A stretch of 64,000 nucleotides of DNA from a virus, in the IMG/VR virus record IMGVR_UViG_3300042509_002293, positions 32,080 through 96,079 of that record. One strand, given 5' to 3'. The notes below the pieces were generated by a model. The model had not been told where the DNA came from. It ran no database searches and saw only the letters and a list, made by a program, of their open reading frames with translations. How positions within the stretch are numbered: the first letter of the stretch is position 1; each line of letters opens with the position of its first letter. Both the position numbers and the translations under genes were made by a program. Below, one piece after another: positions 18,502-26,654 of the stretch.

Positions 18502-19085
18502 GGAAGATCATCTCGCTCTTCCAGCGAAACTACGGCGGCGACCATCTCGTTCGGGGCGAGGTCGTGCCCGGGGCCGAGTGGGTGATTGCCGGAGAGGGCA
18601 CCCCGACGCGAAAGTACGACGGGACGTGCTGCCTCATCAGGGACGGCAGGCTCTACAGGCGGTTCGACGCCAAGCGGGGGAAGTCGCCTCCCGGTGGGTT
18701 CATTCCGGCCCAGGACCCGGACCCCGTGACCGGGCACTGGCCCGGATGGTTGCTCGTCGACTTCGACAACCCGGCCGACCGCTGGCATGCCGTGGCATCG
18801 ATTGGACGCTCGCTCGTCGGCATGGACGGGACCTGGGAACTGTGCGGACCCAAGATCAACGGCAACCCGGAGGGTCTCCTCGAACACCAACTGCTCCGGC
18901 ACGGATACCCGCTAGACGACTGCGACGCGAGGGACTACCTGTCCATCCGGGACTACCTCTCAGGCAAGGACATCGAGGGCATCGTCTGGCATCACCCGGA
19001 CGGCCGCATGGTGAAGATCAAGAAGCGGGACTTCGGGCTTGACCGTAATACGGATACGAGTACACTCTCGGCCGCTGTCCCGTAG
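18498..19085 (+). CDS. ATP-dependent RNA ligase (DUF5565/RLIG1-like nucleotidyltransferase)
   Basis: Motif I RKYDGT, HWPGW, ELCGPKINGNP, motif IV EGIVW, motif V KIK. Confidence 0.78.
   Translation: MRKIISLFQRNYGGDHLVRGEVVPGAEWVIAGEGTPTRKYDGTCCLIRDGRLYRRFDAKRGKSPPGGFIPAQDPDPVTGHWPGWLLVDFDNPADRWHAVASIGRSLVGMDGTWELCGPKINGNPEGLLEHQLLRHGYPLDDCDARDYLSIRDYLSGKDIEGIVWHHPDGRMVKIKKRDFGLDRNTDTSTLSAAVP
19039..19066 (+). promoter_or_regulatory. Sigma70-like promoter for the ncRNA array/Ro60
   Basis: TTGACC-16-TACACT, ~12 nt before RNA unit 1; spacer contains the ACGGATAC motif. Confidence 0.6.
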
Positions 19086-19145
19086 TGAAGAGCGCGGTTA
19101 CTCCACAATTGCTAGGAAAGAACACCGCACTCGCTTGTTCTCGGG
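19079..19145 (+). ncRNA. Y-RNA-like unit 1 (minimal)
   Basis: CCCG-U-AG/CU-CGGG bulged basal helix, GAGCGCGGT/ACCGCACTC upper stem; shares motifs with units 2-4. Confidence 0.6.
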
Positions 19146-19161
19146 CGATAAATCAATCCAC

Positions 19162-19260
19162 AGGCGTAGTGATATGGGTCGGCTACTTCATGGATGAACG
19201 ATCGGCCTCGTGCTGATTGGCCGGTTCGAGCCCGGCATCCGCCCCAGCCCGTTCTCGCCT
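19162..19260 (+). ncRNA. Y-RNA-like unit 2 (T-arm containing)
   Basis: AGGCG-U-AG/CU-CGCCU basal helix, CGGCTACTTC, T-arm GCCGG-TTCGAGC-CCGGC. Confidence 0.7.
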
Positions 19261-19267
19261 CTCGATA

Positions 19268-19394
19268 CAGGGACGTAGTGTTGTTCGCGGCTACTTCAAG
19301 TGGACGCAAGTTCGAGTCTTGCCGCCTGGGGCTGCGCTGCCTTCGGCGACGCCGGTGCTGGCTCCCGGCACCGCGAGCAGTTGTTCTCGCCCTG
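19268..19394 (+). ncRNA. Y-RNA-like unit 3 (T-arm containing)
   Basis: CAGGG..CG-U-AG/CU-CG-CCCUG, TTGTTCGCGG/CCGCGAGCAG stem, T-arm GCAAG-TTCGAGT-CTTGC. Confidence 0.7.
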
Positions 19395-19403
19395 ACAATC
19401 CTC

Positions 19404-19541
19404 GGCTGTAGTGAAGAGGTCGGCTACTTCTTTTAGGAAGACGAGACGCCGGTTCGACTCCGGCCCCCTCCACTGCAAAGGCCCCGGAGGGGTAGCTCAA
19501 CGGTAGAGCGCGATACGTTCCGTCCTCGCCTGTTCTCGGCC
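19404..19541 (+). ncRNA. YrlA-like Y RNA, unit 4, with circularly permuted tRNA domain
   Basis: T-arm 19448-19464, then acceptor strands CCCCTCC (19465-71)/GGAGGGG (19486-92) closed by a loop, then D-arm TA-GCTC-AACGGTA-GAGC; adjacent to Ro60. Confidence 0.82.
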
Positions 19542-19573
19542 TTGGTTTTCCTCCAGTCCAGAAAGGGATCCCG

Positions 19574-20872
19574 ATGAAGCTCAACGTCGCAGACTACTCC
19601 CGCCAGACGACCCACGAGGGCGGGCCAGCCAAGCGGATCTCGCCCGAGCAGGAACTCCGTCGGAGCGTCCTCTCGTGCCTCTTGTGGGAGAAGCAGTTCT
19701 ACGAGGACGGCCAGGACATCGCCGATCGCATCGAGAGTCTCTGCGAGAAGGTCGATCCCAGCGTGATCGCGGCCCTCGCTGTCGAGGCCAGGACGGCATT
19801 CCACCTCCGGCATGTTCCGCTCCTCCTGGCGTCGTGCCTCGCCAAGCGGGGCGGAGGACGTCTCGTGGCCGACACGGTCGAGGCCGTGGTCCAGCGTGCA
19901 GACGAGTTGGCCGAGATCCTCGCCGTCTACTGGCGGAACGGCCGGTGCCCGATCTCGAACGGCCTGAAGAAGGGCCTCGCCCTCGCGTTCACGAAGTTCT
20001 CGCCGTACCAACTGGCAAAGTACAACCGAGACGGAGCGATCAAGCTCCGGGACGTCCTGTTCCTCGTCCACGCCAAGCCCAAGGACGCCGATCAGGCGGA
20101 GACCTGGAAGAAGCTCGTCGACGGCACCCTTGAGTCTCCCGATACCTGGGAGGTCTCGCTCTCCGCCGGTGCCGGCAAGCGTGAGACGTTCGAGAGGCTC
20201 ATCCGAGAGGGGAAGCTCGGCTATCTCGCCCTCCTGCGGAACCTCCGCAATATGGCCGAGGCCGGGGTCGACTCCTCGGCGGTCAAGAATGCGATCCTCT
20301 GCCGTGCCGGCGCCGGCCGGGTGCTGCCGTTCCGCTACGTTGCGGCGGCGAGGGCCTGCCCGCAGTACGAGACGACGCTCGACATCGCCCTGCTTGCGGC
20401 CATCTCGGAACTGCCGGCCCTGCCGGGCAAGACGCTCGTGCTCGTCGACATCTCCGGGAGCATGGACTCCGCATTGTCTGGAAAGAGTGACCTGAGGCGG
20501 ATCGACGCGGCGGCCGCCCTGGCGAGCATCATTCCCGGGGACGTGCGGGTCTTCTCGTTCACCGACGCAGTCAAGGAGGTCCCGCCCAGGCGGGGCATGG
20601 CGGGGGTCGACGCGATCCTCTCGTCTCAGCCCCACGGCGGGACGTACCTTGGCCATGCCGTGAAGGCGATGAATGCGATCGAGCACGACCGGCTCGTGGT
20701 CATCACCGACGAGCAGTCGGCGGACTCCGTCCCGGACCCGCTCGCGAAGCATGCCTACATGATCAACGTGGCCTCGCACCGCAACGGTGTCGGCTACGGA
20801 CGCTGGACCCACCTCGACGGATTCTCCGAGAACGTCATCCGCTTCATCGCAGAGAGCGAGGCGGGCCGATGA
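19574..20872 (+). CDS. rsr: Ro60/TROVE-domain RNA-binding protein
   Basis: TROVE motifs (FYE, RADEL, YQLAKY, LRDVLFLVHAKP, TWEV.LS, ALLRNLRN, RVLPFRY) and vWA motifs (VDISGSM, GGT, ITDEQ). Confidence 0.93.
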   Translation: MKLNVADYSRQTTHEGGPAKRISPEQELRRSVLSCLLWEKQFYEDGQDIADRIESLCEKVDPSVIAALAVEARTAFHLRHVPLLLASCLAKRGGGRLVADTVEAVVQRADELAEILAVYWRNGRCPISNGLKKGLALAFTKFSPYQLAKYNRDGAIKLRDVLFLVHAKPKDADQAETWKKLVDGTLESPDTWEVSLSAGAGKRETFERLIREGKLGYLALLRNLRNMAEAGVDSSAVKNAILCRAGAGRVLPFRYVAAARACPQYETTLDIALLAAISELPALPGKTLVLVDISGSMDSALSGKSDLRRIDAAAALASIIPGDVRVFSFTDAVKEVPPRRGMAGVDAILSSQPHGGTYLGHAVKAMNAIEHDRLVVITDEQSADSVPDPLAKHAYMINVASHRNGVGYGRWTHLDGFSENVIRFIAESEAGR

Positions 20873-21075
20873 TGAAGCTCGCAGCATCGGCGACGGTGGG
20901 AGTCCTGGCGATCATTTTCCTGGTCGCGATCTATCTCGCGGCCGGTCTCGCCGCCATGATCGCCTGGAATCTCTGCATGCCGTCGCTGTTCGCCCTGCCA
21001 CGGGCGACGTTCGCCAACGGAGTCGGGCTTGCGATCCTGTCCAGCCTCATGCAGGTGCGTTTCCCGGCCAAATAG
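20872..21075 (+). CDS. Small membrane protein
   Basis: Hydrophobic 67 aa, AWN..MPSLFALP. Confidence 0.6.
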   Translation: MKLAASATVGVLAIIFLVAIYLAAGLAAMIAWNLCMPSLFALPRATFANGVGLAILSSLMQVRFPAK

Positions 21076-21082
21076 CTGCCTA

Positions 21083-21111
21083 TTGCATCGGCTTGCCGAT
21101 AGTGCTATGAT
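21083..21111 (+). promoter_or_regulatory. Promoter with palindromic spacer
   Basis: TTGCAT-17-TATGAT containing ATCGGC-TT-GCCGAT. Confidence 0.6.
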
Positions 21112-21137
21112 CGGGCACCAACCCAAGGAGGTGCCCG

Positions 21138-21518
21138 ATGCCCGCAACTAAGAGCCTGACCAAGTCCGACGAAATCGAGACGCTGCACGGCTTCGTGCAG
21201 TCCCTTCCTCGCTTCTCGTACCTGCGATCGGCCCTGGAGCCGTTCCTGGTCGACTTCGAGCGGGGCGTCTACTCGGACTACGTTCCGAGTGTCCGCGAGT
21301 CCTGGGACGCCAGGATCGCCGCCGACAAGGAGGCCTCCGAGGCCAGAGCGAAGGCCCAGGAGGCACGCAACGACGCCGAGAAGGCTCGTCGCGAGGGGTG
21401 CCTTGTCCACGCCCAGCTTCAGAAGCTCGTCGAGGCCCTTCGTGAAGTGAAGGTCTCGGCCGAGGTCGCCGAGCGTTCGGCCAAGGGCGTGGCGTCCAAG
21501 CTGTCTTCATCCCTCTGA
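21138..21518 (+). CDS. Hypothetical coiled-coil protein
   Basis: AAGGAGG SD, 126 aa. Confidence 0.7.
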   Translation: MPATKSLTKSDEIETLHGFVQSLPRFSYLRSALEPFLVDFERGVYSDYVPSVRESWDARIAADKEASEARAKAQEARNDAEKARREGCLVHAQLQKLVEALREVKVSAEVAERSAKGVASKLSSSL

Positions 21519-21538
21519 AAGTACGGAAAGGGGCACCG

Positions 21539-21931
21539 ATGGCCATCACGCTGCACGAACCGTTCTTCATCTCGTCACGACTGCTGCCGGCGATCCGGGT
21601 CGGCGGCGCGACGGTGAGCATCGAGTACGCGGCCATCCCGCCCCGGGGGGGTGTCCGCTACCGCTACCACATCGATTTCCCGGACGGAACAACGCACTCC
21701 TCGGAAGACCTCAGGTCCGGAGTGAAGGGAGGGAGCCTCAAGTCGGGCATGGAAGCCCTTTTGTCATTTCTGGCGGCCTGCGGGGAGTCGAGAGCCCCGT
21801 CGGCGACATACCCAGGCGAGAACGCAGACCTGTTCCCCGACACGGTCGGCGAGTGGGCCTACCAGCACAAGGACGAGATCGAGGCCCTCAGCCTGTGGAT
21901 CGAGGAGGCCCGGGACTGCTGCATCGAATGA
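21539..21931 (+). CDS. Hypothetical protein
   Basis: 130 aa ORF with SD. Confidence 0.7.
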   Translation: MAITLHEPFFISSRLLPAIRVGGATVSIEYAAIPPRGGVRYRYHIDFPDGTTHSSEDLRSGVKGGSLKSGMEALLSFLAACGESRAPSATYPGENADLFPDTVGEWAYQHKDEIEALSLWIEEARDCCIE

Positions 21932-22122
21932 AACTCGTGCGAGTGTCCCGGGGATGGTTTGAGACTCAGGACGGGAGGTACGCGGTCCTCAAGTCTCACG
22001 ACGTGTGGCGTGTCGCCACGCTCGTGGACAGGGGGACGTGGACCAGCGAGGTGTACCGGACGAAGCGGGACGCCGTCGCGAGTGTGGCACGGAGGCTGAC
22101 GCAAGAACGCACGGACTCGTAG
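21928..22122 (+). CDS. Hypothetical protein
   Basis: ATGA-coupled 64 aa. Confidence 0.55.
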   Translation: MKLVRVSRGWFETQDGRYAVLKSHDVWRVATLVDRGTWTSEVYRTKRDAVASVARRLTQERTDS

Positions 22123-22260
22123 GAGGGGGCATGGGTACCGACTTATTAGATTAACGCTCCGCCGTGAGCGTCAGCGGCCGCCTCGCATGGCGGTCTCCGC
22201 AGCGGTCGCCCAGCCGGGAGGTGGCGAGTAACGCCCGGCGCATGGCAAGTCCTTTCGACT

Positions 22261-22300
22261 CGGGGCCGGCGGTCTTTCGGGGCTGCCGGCCCCGTTTCTT
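22261..22300 (+). terminator. Rho-independent terminator
   Basis: CGGGGCCGGCGGTC-TTTCG-GGGCTGCCGGCCCCG followed by TTTCTT. Confidence 0.8.
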
Positions 22301-22305
22301 GCCGT

Positions 22306-22334
22306 TTGACAATGCTGCGGAGTCGGAGTATATT
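22306..22334 (+). promoter_or_regulatory. Sigma70-like promoter
   Basis: TTGACA-17-TATATT directly after the terminator. Confidence 0.65.
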
Positions 22335-22419
22335 CGAGTGACCCCCGGAGAAATCACATCGACGGCGTGAGCATCGAGCACACCGAGGTCATCCAGACCG
22401 TCCTGCATTGGAGGAAGAA

Positions 22420-22758
22420 GTGACCCAAGACATCAAGTTCGGAGAGTGGGTCGGCGGCTCCAGCCACGGCAGAAATGCCGGCGGCGACGCCCAGAACTTC
22501 CCAGCCTTGTCGTCTGTGCTGGTCGACGGATGGCACACGGGCTGGCTGGTCAGGCCGCACGGCGAGCGTCGGTTCGTGCTCCGCCTGGGGTGGTATCCCA
22601 GCGAGCGAGACTTTGACCTGGGGGTTCGCTACGACCCTGGCGACGGCGGGCGGAGCGCCGCCCGTGCCCGGAAGCGGGCCCTGCCGCTGATCGAGTGCTG
22701 GCTGTTCGGATTCCAGTGTGGTGACAGCAAGAAGGGAGGGTCCCGTGCCAAAGTCTGA
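22420..22758 (+). CDS. Hypothetical protein
   Basis: GGAGG then GTG. Confidence 0.55.
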   Translation: MTQDIKFGEWVGGSSHGRNAGGDAQNFPALSSVLVDGWHTGWLVRPHGERRFVLRLGWYPSERDFDLGVRYDPGDGGRSAARARKRALPLIECWLFGFQCGDSKKGGSRAKV

Positions 22759-23191
22759 CTACGCGATCGTGGCCTACAGGCCGAGCATGTTCGGTAATGT
22801 CGTCTTCATCGTCGACCTCGACCGTGGTGGCCGGAGCGTCACGAACGATGCCGAGAGGGTCTGGGCCGACGTCCAGGCGGAATACCCCGGCGCCCGGCTC
22901 GTCTACCGAGACACGATGGGGCGGTGGGACGAGATCGTGGGCGGCTCCAAGTTCAAGCCGTACCACGGCGACCGGCCGGCCGTCGAGGTCTGCGAGTGCT
23001 GCGAGCGAGTGTTTCATCGATGGGACCGCTGCACGAACGGACGGTGCTCGTCCTGCCATCGGGAGCACTGCACAAGCGGCGGGGCGACCTGCCCCGGCCA
23101 CGGCCGCCGGTGGCCAGAGGGCGTCTCGGGCGACGTCGAGCACGAGCGGAAGATCGGGAGCCTCCGGAAGAAGTACGGGGTGAAGGCATGA
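22745..23191 (+). CDS. Hypothetical protein with C-terminal Cys cluster
   Basis: SVTNDAERV...YRDTMGRWD; CECC..C..C..C. Confidence 0.65.
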   Translation: MPKSDYAIVAYRPSMFGNVVFIVDLDRGGRSVTNDAERVWADVQAEYPGARLVYRDTMGRWDEIVGGSKFKPYHGDRPAVEVCECCERVFHRWDRCTNGRCSSCHREHCTSGGATCPGHGRRWPEGVSGDVEHERKIGSLRKKYGVKA

Positions 23192-23484
23192 AACGCCGCC
23201 TCTCTGTCCAGAAATCCATGAACGCCACCGGCGGCATCGTCGACGGCTGCCCGCCGTGTCGGCGGTGTGGCGGGCAGCTACGGTGTGACCGGAGGGCGGA
23301 CTTCGATCCTCTGAAGCCTGAGTTCAGAGACTGGCACGAGTCCTGGGAGTGCTACGAGTTCGACCACGACGGAAAAACCTTCGAGGCCTTTTTCGTTCGG
23401 TGCGACTCGTGCTCCCGGACGAGCAACTACTGGCAGGAAAAACCGTTGACCAATACACCGATCCAGGAGACAATAGAGACATGA
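23188..23484 (+). CDS. Zn-ribbon-like protein
   Basis: CRRCGG...CDSC; ATGA coupling. Confidence 0.6.
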   Translation: MKRRLSVQKSMNATGGIVDGCPPCRRCGGQLRCDRRADFDPLKPEFRDWHESWECYEFDHDGKTFEAFFVRCDSCSRTSNYWQEKPLTNTPIQETIET

Positions 23485-23753
23485 TTAAGAAACCCAAGTA
23501 CGTCCTCGAACCGTCCACCGAGCGTCGCATCGCGGCCCGGGAGGCGGCCCGGATCCTCGACCTCTCGATGGGGCACCTGCGAAGCTTGGCTCGCAAGGAG
23601 ATTCTCCGATCGTGGAAGATCGGCCCCAGCACCGTGCTGTACAGCCTCGACGAGATCGTGGCCTACGGCAAGGAGAAGGCCGAAGGCCGCCGGAAGGGGA
23701 AGGTCCGAGGCGCCCGCCCGCAGGGGTTCTCCCCGGACGCATCCGGCGAATAG
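23481..23753 (+). CDS. Excisionase-like HTH protein
   Basis: IAAREAARILDLSMGHLRSLARKEIL; AGGAG SD. Confidence 0.75.
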   Translation: MIKKPKYVLEPSTERRIAAREAARILDLSMGHLRSLARKEILRSWKIGPSTVLYSLDEIVAYGKEKAEGRRKGKVRGARPQGFSPDASGE

Positions 23754-23878
23754 GCCTGTTTTTGCGGGCTTTTTGTGACCAGTGTCATAGAGACTTGCCC
23801 CACACTTGCAATGCACCGAGGCCGGTGCTATACTCTTGGGGTCGGACGAAACCACCCGCCAACGAAGGACTGAAACCC

Positions 23879-24985
23879 ATGAACAACGTCGCCGCCGCCC
23901 CCGCCTGGAAGAGCTACTACGTCGGAGCCACCGTCGCCACCCCTGACGGCATCGAGTGGAAGATCATCGAGTGCCAGAAGCGGCCCACGGCCAAGGGCTA
24001 CCAGAGCCGCGTGTTCACGCTGCTCGGTCCTGACGGACGCAAGGTCCGGAAGACCGCCCGTGGCATCACCCTGTTCTCAGCGGGGGTCGAGGTCAGCGAG
24101 GCGAAGCCCCAGGTCGTCGAGTTCGCCCCGGCGGAGCCTGTCGCTCCGGCCCCCGTGGTGGAGCCCGTCCCGGGTCAGGTCCGGCATGCCAACTACGGGG
24201 CCCTCCTACGGGCGGTCGCCGCGAAGTGCAACGTCTGGCTCGTCGGCCCGGCCGGCTCCGGCAAGACCTCGGCCGCCGAGAACGTGGCCAAGGACCTCGG
24301 CCTGCCCTTCTACTCGAAGAGCGTCGGCCCGCAGACCAGCGAGTCGAGCCTCCTGGGCTACCAGGACGCCAACGGACGCACGGTCCGGACGCTCCTCCGC
24401 GAGGCGTTTGAGCACGGCGGCGTGTTTCTCCTGGACGAGGTCGACGCGGCCAACCCGGCCGTCCTCGTCGTGATCAACGCCCTGCTCGCGAACGGCCACT
24501 GCGCGTTCCCGGACGGGGTCGTCGAGAAGCATCCGGACTTCACGCTGATCGCCGGCGCCAACACGATCGGCCAGGGTGCGGACCGCCAGTACGTCGGCCG
24601 GCAGCAGATCGACGCCGCGACGCTCGACCGGTTCGTGAATCTCGTGTGGGACTACGATCCGGCGATCGAGGCCGCCGCCGCCGGCGTCCCGCTCGCCGCC
24701 GTGGCCGACGCCCCCAGGCCTGCGGCCATCGCGTTCGAGGTCGGCGTCACGCCCGCCGAGACCGAGCGGCGGGCCGCCGAGTACGTCCGGTACGTCGTGG
24801 CGGTCCGCAACGCCGTGGCGTCGTTCGGCAAGTCTGTCCGGTTCATCGTCAGCCCTCGGGCCAGCAAGCATGGGGCCGCCCTGGTCCGGGCCGGGTTCTC
24901 GATCGCGGACGCCTGCGAACTGGCGATCTGGAAGGGGCTCGACTCCGACACCCGGGCCAAGCTGGAGGCGGCCGCCGCACGCTAG
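23879..24985 (+). CDS. AAA+ ATPase (MoxR/CobS/CbbQ-like)
   Basis: Walker A GPAGSGKT, Walker B LLDEVD, IAGANT, DAATLDRF, SPRAS. Confidence 0.88.
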   Translation: MNNVAAAPAWKSYYVGATVATPDGIEWKIIECQKRPTAKGYQSRVFTLLGPDGRKVRKTARGITLFSAGVEVSEAKPQVVEFAPAEPVAPAPVVEPVPGQVRHANYGALLRAVAAKCNVWLVGPAGSGKTSAAENVAKDLGLPFYSKSVGPQTSESSLLGYQDANGRTVRTLLREAFEHGGVFLLDEVDAANPAVLVVINALLANGHCAFPDGVVEKHPDFTLIAGANTIGQGADRQYVGRQQIDAATLDRFVNLVWDYDPAIEAAAAGVPLAAVADAPRPAAIAFEVGVTPAETERRAAEYVRYVVAVRNAVASFGKSVRFIVSPRASKHGAALVRAGFSIADACELAIWKGLDSDTRAKLEAAAAR

Positions 24986-25039
24986 TTGCAATGCACCGAG
25001 GCCGGTGGTATACTCACACGACCCCCAGGAGGAATGCCC

Positions 25040-25867
25040 GTGATCCACAAGTTTGAGTCGTTCGAGAAGTTCATCGAGCAGGCCCTGGTCGTCCCGTCCA
25101 GGCAGGACAGTTCGAGCAGCCGGCAGACGCGAGAAGGCAAGGACCCGTGGCACGGGACGAACACCTTCGAGCAGGCTGTCGAGATCGCCCGGAAGGGGTG
25201 GCCGGAAGGGGCCGCCAAGGCCCTGGAGCTACGGGCCGAGGTCGAGTCGGCGGTCCGGGACCTGATCAACGCCCGGTCGAGTTCGTACACGTTCGACCTT
25301 GTCGGCGAGTACGTCGACATCGGCCGGCACCTGTCCGGCGAGCCGGAATGCTTCGGCACCGAGGTGACCGACGGCAGCAGCGTGTCGCGGCCGGTGGTCA
25401 AGATCGTGGCGAACCTCGCCGCCAGCGGCTCGATCAGCCCGAGGAGCCTGTTCGTCCGGGGGGCCGCGATCGTGGCCGCCATCGACATCCTGGAGGCCCT
25501 CGGCCGCCGTGTCGAGGTGTGGGTCGCCCACGGGTCCGCGACGCGTCGGGGCGGCGGCGCCACCCACGAGTCTCACGTCCTGGTCAAGAGTGCCGACCAG
25601 CCCCTCGACGTTGACAGGCTCAGCTTCGCCGTGGCCCACCCGGCCTGCCTGCGGCGGCTGTGTTTCTCTGTGATGGAGCAGCGTGGGCACCTGCCCAACT
25701 CGACCTACCCCCACAGCGTCACGGTCGAGGGCGACGCCATCGTCACCAAGCACTCACTCCGGGGGTCCGACTTCTCGAAGCGGGAACTCCTGGAACTCGT
25801 GGCCGAGCTTTGCGGGCAGGCGGGGGTCGAGATTGACGAGGAAGAGGTGGATGCGGCCTGCCACTAG
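25040..25867 (+). CDS. Putative partner of the AAA ATPase (vWA/CobT-like)
   Basis: DIGRHLSGEPEC, RGAAIVAAIDILEALGRRVEV, HPACLRR; adjacent to the ATPase. Confidence 0.6.
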   Translation: MIHKFESFEKFIEQALVVPSRQDSSSSRQTREGKDPWHGTNTFEQAVEIARKGWPEGAAKALELRAEVESAVRDLINARSSSYTFDLVGEYVDIGRHLSGEPECFGTEVTDGSSVSRPVVKIVANLAASGSISPRSLFVRGAAIVAAIDILEALGRRVEVWVAHGSATRRGGGATHESHVLVKSADQPLDVDRLSFAVAHPACLRRLCFSVMEQRGHLPNSTYPHSVTVEGDAIVTKHSLRGSDFSKRELLELVAELCGQAGVEIDEEEVDAACH

Positions 25868-25918
25868 ACAATGCACCGAGCCCGGCGTATACTTGGGAAG
25901 TCACGAGGAGACATCGAC

Positions 25919-26134
25919 ATGAAAACGGTTCGCCCAATCTCGTTCTTCCCGCCGTCGTCCGGCAAGGGCAAGTGGCATGCAGCCGCAGCGTGCAGCACCC
26001 TGTCGGCGTGCGGCTCGGGGGCGACGGTCAACTCGCTCGGGTTTCAGCGGATTCAGGTCGAGGGTGGAGTCGAGGCGAAGTGGGTTCATCCGATTTGTTG
26101 CCGTCGGTGTCTGAAGCAAGCCTGTGGGGAGTAA
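25919..26134 (+). CDS. Small Zn-binding protein
   Basis: KWH...SACG...CCRRC; own promoter copy and SD. Confidence 0.6.
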   Translation: MKTVRPISFFPPSSGKGKWHAAAACSTLSACGSGATVNSLGFQRIQVEGGVEAKWVHPICCRRCLKQACGE

Positions 26135-26138
26135 CGCG

Positions 26139-26654
26139 ATGCACTACAAATTCCTGCGAGTCACGAGCAACGAGGGCCGCTGCGAGAAGTGCGGCACCGT
26201 CTGCCCGAAGCGGCGTGTCGAGGTCCTGCCGGTCGACGCCGATGGCAATGCCTGCGGTGAAGTGCAACTCTGGGGCGTCAACTGCGCGGCCCAGGCCCGC
26301 TACGGCTCGAAGGCCCGCAAGTACCAGGAGCGGGTCGTGGTCGAGGCCGACACGGCCGAGCGGGAGCGGGCCTACCAGGAGCGGCAGAAGCTGGCTCGGG
26401 TCGCGGTCGTCGGCCAGAGCTACGACTTCGGCGGGCCGGCCACGGTCGTCTTCTGCCGTGACGGGCTCGACAGCGAGGGCCTCGCCAACCGGCTCTACCG
26501 CCGGACCGGCCGCAGCCTCGTCGGCAGCTACTTCGCCCGTGGCCCCCGGGGAGAGGTCGTGCGGGTCGACGGCAGCGATGCCGCCGACGTGGCGTTCTTC
26601 GCGGAGCGGGGGTACGTTCAGGTCTCGAACCCGGTCGAGGAGGTGCTCCACTGA
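26139..26654 (+). CDS. Zn-finger protein
   Basis: CEKCG...WGVNCA. Confidence 0.7.
   Translation: MHYKFLRVTSNEGRCEKCGTVCPKRRVEVLPVDADGNACGEVQLWGVNCAAQARYGSKARKYQERVVVEADTAERERAYQERQKLARVAVVGQSYDFGGPATVVFCRDGLDSEGLANRLYRRTGRSLVGSYFARGPRGEVVRVDGSDAADVAFFAERGYVQVSNPVEEVLH

Noticed and set aside
19404-19541. Unit 4 as a conventional tRNA gene
   Set aside because: Arm order is T, acceptor, D (permuted), there is no CCA end and no properly closed anticodon arm
19112-19584. Short ORFs overlapping the ncRNA array
   Set aside because: No SD or protein signature; repeated structure with compensatory changes explains the region better
22140-22260. Self-cleaving ribozyme (hammerhead or HDV-like)
   Set aside because: No CUGANGA/GAAA core, and I could not build the nested double pseudoknot by eye
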